Part shown: positions 32,301 to 39,839 of the stretch, one piece after another
Layout of the letters: every line of letters begins with the position of its first letter
Numbering within the stretch: position 1 is the stretch's first letter
The notes under the pieces: model-generated
Seen by the model: the letters and a program-made list of their open reading frames with translations, nothing else
Told to the model about the DNA's origin: nothing
Database searches by the model: none
Made by a program: the position numbers and the translations under genes
Assembly: GCA_018055515.1 (NCBI GenBank)
Contig: JAGPHL010000002.1
Span: 1-39,981, forward strand
Origin: Anaerolineae bacterium
GTDB taxonomy: Bacteria; Chloroflexota; Anaerolineae; B4-G1; SLSP01
Direction: 5' to 3'
DNA length: 39,981 nt

Positions 32301-33109
32301 TCGGGATGGGTCTCCTGGATGCCGCTGTCCACGTGCGCGATGATCACACCCGCGCCATCGAGTCCTACCGCGGCGAGCCAGTCGCGGTACCCCGGAAACG
32401 CTTGATTGCCCGCGTCCACGTTGTTGACGTTGACCTGAGCGCTCATTTCGCCGCGCGTCGCGCGTGTGGTGGAGATCGGCTGGAGGGTATAGACGCCGGG
32501 AATGCGCGCCGCCTGCATCAGCCGATCCCCCGGCAGCGTCATCGTCAGGCCGTCGAAGCCGTAGCCCAGGTCCAGGGGCTCCTCCTGCAGCTGCGCCCCC
32601 AGCGCCGCGAGATCGCTGAGCACCGATGCCCGTCCCGCGCCGCGATACACCAGCGCTTGAACGGCGAGGGGCGTCGCCTCGAGGGCGCGCCACGGCGGCA
32701 AGACGCGATACGCCGGGGCGAAGGGGCCGGTCCAGCGGACGAAATTCAGCGCGGAGGCCCGCTTCAGGGCAGAAGAGTCGCCCCATACGACATACGTGAA
32801 GGGGTGGATGTACTGCACAATCTCCAGGCCGCTCTGCTCCAGGGCCGGCAGCCAGGTCACCTGCGTCGGACCGAACAGCTGCACCAGCTGCAAATCGGGG
32901 CCCCCTGTCGAGGCGTAGCGCGCCGCTAAAGAGAATGCCGGCTCGTCCACCAGCGGGTCGAAGGTCACCCCGCCGAGGTCGAGCGTGTAATCGTAGGATG
33001 GCGCCGCGCCCTCAACGTCGGCACTCAAAGAAGAAGCTGTCGGAGCAACCGGGGCAAACCCCAACATCAAAAGCGCCACTACAGCGCCGCCGCGACACCA
33101 GGTCTGCAT
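29345..33109 (-). CDS. Large secreted multidomain subtilisin-like (S8) serine protease
   Basis: It has a signal peptide. The catalytic triad blocks are AHVDSGI (Asp), HGTHTAGI (His) and GTSMASPQVSGAAALF (Ser). A beta-sandwich region follows the catalytic domain (MLVWTDAPG...NDLNLEV). C-terminal Ig/FN3-like repeats and a MAM-like domain (GWYVDDVQL) complete it. Confidence 0.9.
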   Translation of the reverse strand: MQTWCRGGAVVALLMLGFAPVAPTASSLSADVEGAAPSYDYTLDLGGVTFDPLVDEPAFSLAARYASTGGPDLQLVQLFGPTQVTWLPALEQSGLEIVQYIHPFTYVVWGDSSALKRASALNFVRWTGPFAPAYRVLPPWRALEATPLAVQALVYRGAGRASVLSDLAALGAQLQEEPLDLGYGFDGLTMTLPGDRLMQAARIPGVYTLQPISTTRATRGEMSAQVNVNNVDAGNQAFPGYRDWLAAVGLDGAGVIIAHVDSGIQETHPDLVHRMAPCAGVTCGAAISSAHGTHTAGIMAADGSSGVVDSRGFLRGLGVAPGARLVEQLYSTYDLTALMQDSVANGALISGNSWGLAGTPQGYDADTRKVDVGVRDADLTHAGNQSLTYVLSIMNGNGGVSSQGSPDEAKNIFTVGSTRMQTSTGSQILAINDISANSAHGPALDGRNIPHLVAPGCYVDSTLPTDSYGTMCGTSMASPQVSGAAALFIQYYRGLTGVDPSPALVKAAFLPAAHDLAGFHDADGGILGHPFDSKQGWGRLDLEAVVDPALPVLYFDAPRILEATGELWEQPLRAADPTQPVRMMLVWTDAPGHGLGGSTPAWVNDLNLEVLADGNTYRGNAFAASGWSQPGGAADGRNNTEGVFLGPTAPERFTVRVLAANIAGDGVPHVGDTTDQDFAFVCYNCLREPDFTLTVEPSAAAVCAPGVVTATVAVGQLAGYAEEVALALQAPLGVTATFSSAVVLPPAEVLLTLAAGPEALAGRYPLVISATAEGTHVHTAELALWINTCVPETPTLLTPPAGATAQPFDALSLAWKAQPLATGYRVQVDRTPTFIAPLVDTRVSTATYSAPATLESGVCYWWRAQGDNACGHGAWAEPFHFATAALGVGLADDLESGDGKWSWQTVTGEASWTLSSAESHSPVHAWFIPDAPATTDSRLWNVVAVPVGAGSTLRFWHRYEFEGSGSFAWDGAVLEISTDDGATWADLGSHMTSHGYNGLIQSGTSNPLAGRSGWTGALSAWSEVVVDLSAYAGNAVQIRWRIGCDSSIGASGWYVDDVQLTSLLPPHPAPGIATLTPASVVGNMPTLLTLTGERFAGLPAVRVGATWLLSVTLVSSTSVTGILPAGLAAGSYTATLFNGDCVSATLPAALTVRDVLPAPQRLSPADGAIITDTTPTLLWQPVTEAAGYRVTLAGAVHDVGAATAYTPSVLAEGVYTWTVTAYDVWGGVSPEQAPWTFTVRELRLIYLPLVLSLP

Positions 33110-33129
33110 GTCACACCTCCTCGAAAATA

Positions 33130-33162
33130 GCGAAAAGGCGAAAAAGCGAATCAGCGAAAAAA
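33130..33162. repeat. Four tandem octamers GCGAAnnn in the protease 5' leader region
   Basis: GCGAAAAG GCGAAAAA GCGAATCA GCGAAAAAA, read directly. A related CAGCGA motif occurs at 190-200 and 36297-36320. Confidence 0.55.
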
Positions 33163-33281
33163 CTACTTACATGGCAAAGAGGGCACGAACTTCAGGCCGC
33201 TCTGAAGAAGACACGCAAACTCATTCTTATTCTCGGCAATACACGGGCGTGATTGCGACGCGACGGATTCTACACTTCGGG

Positions 33282-33287
33282 TATAAT
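33282..33287 (+). promoter_or_regulatory. TATAAT box 7 nt upstream of the GT2 ATG (leaderless-type start)
   Basis: gggTATAATccccgctATG. Confidence 0.45.
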
Positions 33288-33294
33288 CCCCGCT

Positions 33295-34746
33295 ATGATA
33301 GCACAAGTGATTGGATTGCTCTATACCGCTGTATTGGCAGCGTTGGCAGTGTATGCCCTGCACATCATGATCTTGATCGGGCTGTATTTTCGGCATCGGC
33401 ACGATCCCCAGCCCACGCCCCCCACGCCGGCGGAAGCCCAACTGCCGGTCGTGACGGTTCAGGTCCCCCTGCGGAACGAGCGCTATGTGGCAAGGCGAGT
33501 GCTGCAAGCCGTCGCGGCGCTGGATTGGCCCCGCGATCGGCTGGAACTCCAAATTCTCGACGACTCCGACGACGAGACCACCCTCATCGTGGAGGCCGAA
33601 TGCACCCGGTTGCGCGAGCAAGGCTGTCAGGTCACGTTGCTCCACCGGACGCACCCCACCGGCCACAAGGCCGGCGCGCTGGCGGAAGGAACGCAGCAGG
33701 CGCGGGGGGAATTCATCGCGCTCTTCGATGCGGACTTCTGCCCGGAGCCAGATTTCCTGCGGCGCACCCTCCCGTATCTGCTGGCCGATCCCCGGCTGGG
33801 CATGGTACAAACGCGCTGGAGCCACCTCAACGCCGAGTATTCGCCCATCACGCGGGCGCAGGCGCTGGCGCTCGATGCCCACTTTGCCATCGAGCACATT
33901 GCCCGCAACCGCAGCGGCCTGCTGATGAACTTCAATGGGACGGCGGGTGTCTGGCGCAAAAGTGCGATCGAGGATGCCGGAGGGTGGCAATGTGACACCA
34001 TCACCGAGGATCTGGATTTGAGCTATCGCGCACAGTTGCGCGGCTGGCGTGTCGGCTATCTGCCCGAGGTCACCGCAGCGGCGGAATTGCCCCCGCTGGT
34101 CGCCGCGTTCAAACAGCAGCAATACCGCTGGGCCAAGGGCGCGGCGCAATGCCTGCGGAAGCTCGCCGGGCCCATCGTGCGCTCAAAGCAGCTCCGACCG
34201 GCGCAAAAAGTCATGGCGCTCCTTCATCTGAGCGGGTACTTCACGCAACCGCTGTTCCTGGCATTGATGGTACTCCTGCTGCCAATGGCGCGCTATCACC
34301 CCGTACTACCGTCGCTGAGCGGCATTTTAGGGGCGATCATTGCCGTACCGCCGCTGCTGTATCTGCTCGGGCAGCAAGCCCTCTATCGAGACTGGCCACG
34401 GCGCGTCCTGGCCTATCCCGTGCTGATGGTGTTGGGAATGGGCATAGCCTGGAGCAACACTCTCGCGCTGATAGACGGCCTCACGCACTGGGGCGGGACA
34501 TTTCAGCGCACCCCTAAATTTCATCTGCAGGCACGGGAAGGTCACTGGCGGCATACTTCCTACAGGATCAAACCCGACCGCACGATGTTTGGAGAAGCCC
34601 TGCTGGGCCTCTATACGTTGATCGCCGCCTGGCAAGCCGTGCAGGGAAGGCAAGAAGCGCTCCTGCCGTTGGCGCTGGTCGCTGTCAGCGGCGAAGCATT
34701 GATGGTTGGGAGCACCTTGCTGCAAGCGCGCGCCGCAGCCCACTGA
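33295..34746 (+). CDS. Processive family-2 glycosyltransferase, CesA/CslA-like, with a C-terminal multi-TM domain
   Basis: An N-terminal TM, then ILDDSDDET, KAGAL, FDADF, TEDLDLSYR and QQYRWAKG (the QxxRW motif). The track start at 33253 is a TTG; the ATG at 33295 is preferred. Confidence 0.87.
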   Translation: MIAQVIGLLYTAVLAALAVYALHIMILIGLYFRHRHDPQPTPPTPAEAQLPVVTVQVPLRNERYVARRVLQAVAALDWPRDRLELQILDDSDDETTLIVEAECTRLREQGCQVTLLHRTHPTGHKAGALAEGTQQARGEFIALFDADFCPEPDFLRRTLPYLLADPRLGMVQTRWSHLNAEYSPITRAQALALDAHFAIEHIARNRSGLLMNFNGTAGVWRKSAIEDAGGWQCDTITEDLDLSYRAQLRGWRVGYLPEVTAAAELPPLVAAFKQQQYRWAKGAAQCLRKLAGPIVRSKQLRPAQKVMALLHLSGYFTQPLFLALMVLLLPMARYHPVLPSLSGILGAIIAVPPLLYLLGQQALYRDWPRRVLAYPVLMVLGMGIAWSNTLALIDGLTHWGGTFQRTPKFHLQAREGHWRHTSYRIKPDRTMFGEALLGLYTLIAAWQAVQGRQEALLPLALVAVSGEALMVGSTLLQARAAAH

Positions 34747-34760
34747 GGTCACACAAAAGA

Positions 34761-34793
34761 CCCTCCCTCCAGAAAGCGCTTCTGGAGGGAGGG
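34761..34793. terminator. Perfect 14-bp hairpin between the convergent GT2 and bactofilin genes
   Basis: CCCTCCCTCCAGAA-agcgc-TTCTGGAGGGAGGG. Confidence 0.7.
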
Positions 34794-34802
34794 TGTTGTA
34801 AA

Positions 34803-35282
34803 TCACTCTTTCTTCGCTGCAGCCGGTGCTGCAGGAGCGGGGGGCTGCTTCGACAATTCCGGTTCCATCTGTGGCGGTTTGATGTCCTTCGGCATGATGA
34901 CCTGCCCGCTCACGTAGGCACCTTCATTGGTGAGGATGACTTTGACGGTCATATCGCCCCACACCCGTCCGGTCGCCAACACCTCGACGCGGTTCGCGGA
35001 GATATTTCCCTTGACCGCGCCGGCAATAGACACGTTGCCGGCCTTGATTTCGGCAAGCACCTTAGCGCTCTCGGTGATCACCAGATTGCCCGTCGTCGTG
35101 ATGGTGCCTTCGACCACCCCTTCGATGCGCAAACTGCCATCCCCCTGGATGTCGCCTTTGACATGGGTGTTCGGACCGATGGTGGTCTCGATGGGCCGGG
35201 AGGGAGCCGCAGCCGGACGGACCGCAGGCGTGACGGATACGGCGGGCGCCTCCTCTTCTCGTGTTTTTTCCTTACCCCACAT
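34803..35282 (-). CDS. Bactofilin (polymer-forming cytoskeletal protein)
   Basis: Beta-helical repeat pattern (I.G.V.G.I......V.I...A.V.G.I.A..V.V.G.V.G) flanked by Pro/Ala-rich termini. Confidence 0.9.
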   Translation of the reverse strand: MWGKEKTREEEAPAVSVTPAVRPAAAPSRPIETTIGPNTHVKGDIQGDGSLRIEGVVEGTITTTGNLVITESAKVLAEIKAGNVSIAGAVKGNISANRVEVLATGRVWGDMTVKVILTNEGAYVSGQVIMPKDIKPPQMEPELSKQPPAPAAPAAAKKE

Positions 35283-35308
35283 AGCAATCCTCCTTCGAAA
35301 ATAGTAAT

Positions 35309-35357
35309 CCGTGAGCCGTGAAGGGTGAAAAGTGCACGCATGAACGTGCGCATGTGC
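35309..35357. repeat. Degenerate 7-nt periodic tract (CCGTGAG CCGTGAA GGGTGAA AAGTGCA CGCATGA ACGTGCG CATGTGC) in the bactofilin leader
   Basis: Read directly. The periodicity is degenerate. Confidence 0.4.
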
Positions 35358-35386
35358 TCACGTAGCCATGATTTTACCGTAAGGTG

Positions 35387-35409
35387 CGAAAAGCCGCAAC
35401 CCGCGGCTC
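35387..35409 (-). terminator. Intrinsic terminator after the DUF4446 gene
   Basis: The minus strand reads GAGCCGCgggttGCGGCTTTTCG. Confidence 0.55.
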
Positions 35410-35411
35410 GC

Positions 35412-35900
35412 TCAGGGTGCGCTTTCCATCATTTGTCGCGCCGCTGCCAGCACCGCCTGCTCCTCGGCGCTCAACGTGTAAGAAGCGCGCCATTGCACTA
35501 ACGGCTTGGCATACACGCGCGTTTCATCCCGTCCATGCAGGCCGGAGAGCACGAAACCGCTGCCATGCCCATCCACTAACGCCAGAGAGAAGCTCTGATC
35601 GCCGCCGACGTTGGCAAATCCCTGATAGCGCTGAATGCCATACCCCTGAAGGGTGTGAGGAAGGATCGCCTCGACTCTCGTCAGAGCGCCCTCCGCCGCC
35701 TGCAGGCGCGTGTTCTGCTGTTCCAGACGATGCAAGAAATCCGCCAGGGTGGCCTGATCACCGCTTTCGGCGAGCGTCAAGAGACGACGGTATTGCTTCT
35801 CCAGGCCATTGAAGCGCTTCTCCAGCGTGTAGATCCAATACGCCGCCACGAACAGCAACACCGTCGCAGCCATCACCCAGGTAATCAAAACGCTATCCAT
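35412..35900 (-). CDS. DUF4446-family protein (N-terminal TM plus coiled segment)
   Basis: The ATG at 35900 gives MDSVLITWVMAATVLLF. The C-terminal block IQRY.GF...GGDQSFSLAL.D..G.G.V.S.LH.R is as I recall DUF4446. Confidence 0.75.
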   Translation of the reverse strand: MDSVLITWVMAATVLLFVAAYWIYTLEKRFNGLEKQYRRLLTLAESGDQATLADFLHRLEQQNTRLQAAEGALTRVEAILPHTLQGYGIQRYQGFANVGGDQSFSLALVDGHGSGFVLSGLHGRDETRVYAKPLVQWRASYTLSAEEQAVLAAARQMMESAP

Positions 35901-35982
35901 AGACGTCTCCCGGCAAACTCTGCACAGCTCCGCCCTCAGCTGCAAGCCGGATTATAACGCATTTCGCACGCCTGTCGAACCT

Positions 35983-36234
35983 CTACGACAACCCCAGCAA
36001 GGCGTCCAGGCGGGCGCGGTCGAAGCCTACCACTATCTCATTCCCTACCTGAATGACCGGCACGCCCTGCTGTCCACTGCGCTGCACCATGTACTGCGCC
36101 GCGATCATGTTCTGTGAGACGTCTTCGTCCTCAAAAGGCACGCCGCGCTGCTGCAAATAGCGCTTCGCCGCCTGACAGTAAGGGCAGGTCGGCGTCGAAA
36201 AAACGATGACGCGAGGCCAGGATCGAGTCGCCAT
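35983..36234 (-). CDS. Glutaredoxin-like protein (CPYC), paralogue of 25432-25737
   Basis: VIVFSTPTCPYCQAAKRYLQQRGVPFEDEDV...GQQGVPVIQVGNEIVVGFDRARLDALLGL. Confidence 0.9.
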   Translation of the reverse strand: MATRSWPRVIVFSTPTCPYCQAAKRYLQQRGVPFEDEDVSQNMIAAQYMVQRSGQQGVPVIQVGNEIVVGFDRARLDALLGLS

Positions 36235-36254
36235 AGACGTACCTCCTTCAAAAA

Positions 36255-36282
36255 TGCGTAATGCGTGATGCGTAATGCGTAA
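36255..36282. repeat. Four tandem heptamers TGCGTAA/TGCGTGA in the grx2 leader
   Basis: TGCGTAA TGCGTGA TGCGTAA TGCGTAA, between the SD and the rest of the leader. Confidence 0.7.
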
Positions 36283-36605
36283 GTGATCTCCTCAAAAAAT
36301 CAGCGAGTCAGCGAAAAGGTGAAAAAGCAAGAAAATCGCGTGCAAGGCAAAGGTAACGCAAACTTCAGGCTGCGCTCAGGCCGCCCCGGAATGAATTCCG
36401 GGTCTGACAGGTCGAGTTCGCTGAAGCGATCTCCCCAACAACGCGCTTCAGCGCGGTTGCCTTTATCAGGCTGAGATTTCATCGCCGGCCGAACTGCTCG
36501 CAACTCACATTCCTGTTCTCGGCTGCTTCTCACCATCCGCTGACAACGCCTTCAGTATAAAAGCATTTGGCGCGGGGTCAATCCCCCCTATCCCATCGCG
36601 CACTC

Positions 36606-36633
36606 TTGCCTTCTTCACAACCGCGCCTATAAT
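36606..36633 (+). promoter_or_regulatory. Candidate promoter for the metalloprotease gene (TTGCCT-16-TATAAT)
   Basis: TTGCCTtcttcacaaccgcgccTATAAT. The track ORF start at 36632 lies inside the -10, so the ATG at 36674 is preferred. Confidence 0.6.
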
Positions 36634-36673
36634 GGTTTTCATTCTGGCAATAAACAAAGAGAGGTCCTTCCCC

Positions 36674-38776
36674 ATGAACATGAATGGACAAACGAACCGC
36701 TGGTTGACCTATGCTATCATCGCTGTGGTGATCTTGCTACTGTCAGGCGCGTGCTGCTGCTGTGTGGGAGGCATCGTATGGTGGGTTGTCAATAACACCG
36801 ACAATCCTATCAGCACGCCGTTGCCCAAATGGCCTACGTTGGAGCCCGGCGGTGAAGTCACGCCGGAACCGCCCCTCGAAACGCCGCTCGTCACCGAACC
36901 GTTGCCAGATGAGGCTCTCGAAACGCTGAATGCGGTCCTGCAAAGCGACATTCCGGTCTCCGACATGCACGAGCTGGGCATCCGCTACCTTGGCGTGCCC
37001 GCAGATACTTCCCGCGTCGCCTCAACCGTGAACCCCGATTACCCGGTCGGCACCGAGCGTCAGTTCAACGCCCAGAACCTGGATACCGAACAGCAATTTG
37101 TCATCACCGCCGTGCTGGCGTACAAGACCGATCACGTCTATATGTGGGTCGAAAAGGGAGCGCGGGTCAATCAGGACGACCTGGAAGCAGCCGCGGAGCT
37201 CTTCGAAAATCACACCTACGTCACCAACCGCGAATTCTTCGGTCAGGAGCCGAACCCCGGCATTGATGGCGATCCGCACCTCAACATTCTCCATGCAAAG
37301 GGACTGGGGTCCAGCATCGCGGGATATTTCTCCAGCACCGATCAGTACGTCCGCGCGGTTCGCCCCGATTCCAACGAGATGGAGATGTTCTACATCAACC
37401 TGGAAAATGTTGACGTTGGCGATGCCTTCTACAACGGCGTGCTCGCGCATGAATTCCAGCACATGATCCACTGGTACCGCGACCGCAACGAGAGCACCTG
37501 GCTCAACGAAGGCTGCTCGGAAATGGCAATGGCGCTCAACGAGCGCTCCTACCGTCGCAGCGGCAAGTATGACGTCGGCGGCAGCGACTTCGCCTACATG
37601 CTCCAGCCCGATACACAACTCACCAATTGGCCGGAAGAAGACGACACCTCCCCTCACTACGGCGCCGCGTACCTGTTCATGGAGTACTTCCTCGATCGTT
37701 TCGGCGAAGAGGCCACGAAAGCCCTGGTGGGGCATCCAGAAAACGGCATGAAGAGCGTGGACCTGGTGCTGCAGGAAAATCTGGGACTGGACATGACTCA
37801 CAAAGATCTCTTTGCCGACTGGACTGTGGCGAATTTGCTGGACAGGCCCGATCTCGAGGATGGACGCTACGGCTATAGCCAGATCAACCCCCTCACGCCC
37901 GACATCGCCGAGGAACTCGACTTCTCCGGCAGTTCGCACCGCCTTAACGGCACGGTGAGCCAGTACGGCGTGGATTATATCGAAATCAACGGCGAGCAGC
38001 CCGTAGCGGTGACCTTCACCGGCGAGACGCGGGTAAAACTGCTCGACACCGATGCCTATAGCGGCAAATACCTGTGGTGGTCCAACCGCGAGGACGAATC
38101 CGACTCCCGCCTCACCCGCATTGTGGATTTGACCGACGCGCGCACCGCCGAACTCTCGTTTCAGACGTGGTATTACATCGAGGATGAATGGGACTATGCC
38201 TACGTGGCGGTCGGCTACACCGCAGAGGGGAGCTTCCCCCAGGATTTGAACGACACGCGCATCCAATGGCGGCTCCTGGACGATCCCGGCCTGAAGTGCA
38301 CCCGCAGCAACCCGAACGGCAACAATTACGGCTGTGGCCTCACTGGCCAGAGCAACGGCTGGGTCAAACGCACTGTGGATCTGTCCCCCTACGTGGGCAA
38401 GACCATTGCCATCCGCTTTGAATACGTCACCGACGCGGCCGTGAATCAGCCCGGACTGGCCCTCGACGACATTCAGCTGACTGTTGACGGCAAGACGGCA
38501 TTCATGGACGATGTCGAGACCGCAGATTCCGCCTGGATTGCGGAAGGCTTCTTGCGACATGCCAACATCTTGCCGCAAGAATGGCTGTTGCAGGCCGTGA
38601 CCTTTGGACAGGACGGCATCACCGTGACCCCGCTGCTGCGCTGGAACGGCAACACCGGCAGCTGGACCCTGCCGATGAGCCGCCAGGACGACCGGGTCGT
38701 GCTGGTCATTTCGGCGCTCGCGCCGGTGACGACGGAACTCGCGCCCTATCAAATTACCCTCGCCGCGGGAGAGTGA
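36674..38776 (+). CDS. Membrane-anchored/secreted HExxH zinc metalloprotease (InhA/M6-like by architecture)
   Basis: An N-terminal TM with a Cys cluster, and the HExxH site VLAHEFQHMIHW with a downstream E (WLNEGCSEM). A C-terminal beta-sandwich ends in ALDDIQL, similar to the S8 protease domain. Confidence 0.83.
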   Translation: MNMNGQTNRWLTYAIIAVVILLLSGACCCCVGGIVWWVVNNTDNPISTPLPKWPTLEPGGEVTPEPPLETPLVTEPLPDEALETLNAVLQSDIPVSDMHELGIRYLGVPADTSRVASTVNPDYPVGTERQFNAQNLDTEQQFVITAVLAYKTDHVYMWVEKGARVNQDDLEAAAELFENHTYVTNREFFGQEPNPGIDGDPHLNILHAKGLGSSIAGYFSSTDQYVRAVRPDSNEMEMFYINLENVDVGDAFYNGVLAHEFQHMIHWYRDRNESTWLNEGCSEMAMALNERSYRRSGKYDVGGSDFAYMLQPDTQLTNWPEEDDTSPHYGAAYLFMEYFLDRFGEEATKALVGHPENGMKSVDLVLQENLGLDMTHKDLFADWTVANLLDRPDLEDGRYGYSQINPLTPDIAEELDFSGSSHRLNGTVSQYGVDYIEINGEQPVAVTFTGETRVKLLDTDAYSGKYLWWSNREDESDSRLTRIVDLTDARTAELSFQTWYYIEDEWDYAYVAVGYTAEGSFPQDLNDTRIQWRLLDDPGLKCTRSNPNGNNYGCGLTGQSNGWVKRTVDLSPYVGKTIAIRFEYVTDAAVNQPGLALDDIQLTVDGKTAFMDDVETADSAWIAEGFLRHANILPQEWLLQAVTFGQDGITVTPLLRWNGNTGSWTLPMSRQDDRVVLVISALAPVTTELAPYQITLAAGE

Positions 38777-38788
38777 CGCGCGGCCTGG

Positions 38789-39655
38789 ATGTTCACGGCT
38801 GTGATGACGGAAGTGTTGGCTGACCCTCTCCGCCCGACCGGGCCCATCGGCGTCTTCGATTCAGGCGTCGGTGGACTCTCCGTCTGGCGGGAGCTTGTCC
38901 GACAACTTCCCCACGAAAGCACCCTCTACGTCGCCGATCAAGCTCACGTGCCCTACGGGACGCGGTCGTTAGCCGAGGTGCGTGACTACGCGAAAGGCAT
39001 CGCGCGATTCCTGCGCGCGCGGGGTGCCAAAATCATCGTCATCGCCTGCAACACCGCCTCCGGCGCGGCCCTCCGCACCCTGCGCGAGGCCTTCCCTGAG
39101 ATTCCCTTTGTCGGCATGGAACCCGCCGTCAAACCCGCCGCAGAACGCACCCGCAGCGGCGTGATTGCCGTCATAGCGACGCCGGCGACCTTTCAAGGAG
39201 AGCTCTTCCACAGTCTCGTGGAGCGCTTTGCCACGAACGTGCGGTTGGAGACGCAAATTTGCCCCGGCCTGGTGGAACAAGTCGAGCGGGGTGAGTGGGA
39301 CGCCCCCGAAACGGAGGCCCGGCTACGGGAATGCCTCACCCCCTTGCTGCACGCCGGTGCAGATCAGCTGGTGTTGGGCTGCACGCACTACCCTTTCCTG
39401 GCGGAGGCCATCGCCCGCATCACGGGACCAGAAATCGCGCTGGTGGATCCCGCTCCCGCGGTGGCGCGACAGACCGCGCGCGTCCTGGAGCAGCTGGAGC
39501 TGACCGCTCCCGCTTCGGCCACGGCACGACACCTCTTCTACACCACCGGGACGCCGGAAACTCTGCGCATCCTGGCCCGACGATTGGTGGCGTTTGAGGG
39601 ACCGGTGCTGCAAGCGACCTGGCAGGGGAACGATCTCAGAGAAAATAATGTGTGA
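38789..39655 (+). CDS. murI: Glutamate racemase
   Basis: IGVFDSGVGGLSV, IVIACNTAS and LVLGCTHYPFL (both catalytic Cys blocks). Confidence 0.93.
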   Translation: MFTAVMTEVLADPLRPTGPIGVFDSGVGGLSVWRELVRQLPHESTLYVADQAHVPYGTRSLAEVRDYAKGIARFLRARGAKIIVIACNTASGAALRTLREAFPEIPFVGMEPAVKPAAERTRSGVIAVIATPATFQGELFHSLVERFATNVRLETQICPGLVEQVERGEWDAPETEARLRECLTPLLHAGADQLVLGCTHYPFLAEAIARITGPEIALVDPAPAVARQTARVLEQLELTAPASATARHLFYTTGTPETLRILARRLVAFEGPVLQATWQGNDLRENNV

Positions 39656-39660
39656 AGGGT

Positions 39661-39709
39661 GAGTTGCGAGTTGTGAGTTGCGAGTTGTGAGTTGTGAGTT
39701 GTGAGTTGT
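39661..39709. repeat. Seven tandem heptamers GAGTTG(C/T)
   Basis: GAGTTGC GAGTTGT GAGTTGC GAGTTGT GAGTTGT GAGTTGT GAGTTGT, starting 6 nt after the murI stop. Confidence 0.88.
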
Positions 39710-39720
39710 AAGCGGAAACG

Positions 39721-39793
39721 GCGACGACTTTCTTCTCACGGCTCTCTATTTGCTGAGGAGTTGACATGTTCCTGCAGCACACCACCGAAAATG
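39721..39793 (-). repeat. Dispersed intergenic element, copy 3 (inverted; modules B and A directly abutted)
   Basis: The reverse complement reads CATTTTCGGTGGTGTGCTGCAGGAACATGTCAACTCCTCAGCAA|ATAGAGAGCCGTGAGAAGAAAGTCGTCGC, matching module B (147-189) and module A (71-106) of copy 1. Confidence 0.75.
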
Positions 39794-39799
39794 CAAATA

Positions 39800-39839
39800 A
39801 CGTGGGCACGTGGGAACGTGGGAACGTGGGCACGTGGGC
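39800..39839. repeat. Five tandem octamers ACGTGGG(C/A)
   Basis: ACGTGGGC ACGTGGGA ACGTGGGA ACGTGGGC ACGTGGGC, followed by a degenerate ATGTG. Confidence 0.85.

Noticed and set aside
36300-36536. A 78-aa minus-strand ORF and a 63-aa plus-strand ORF (36283-36474) in the long intergenic region.
   Set aside because: They have no SD, are made largely of the tandem repeats and hairpins, and show no recognisable motifs.
39661-39839. Tandem short repeats considered as a CRISPR array.
   Set aside because: The units are 7-8 nt with no spacers. CRISPR repeats are about 24-48 nt separated by unique spacers, and no cas genes are present.
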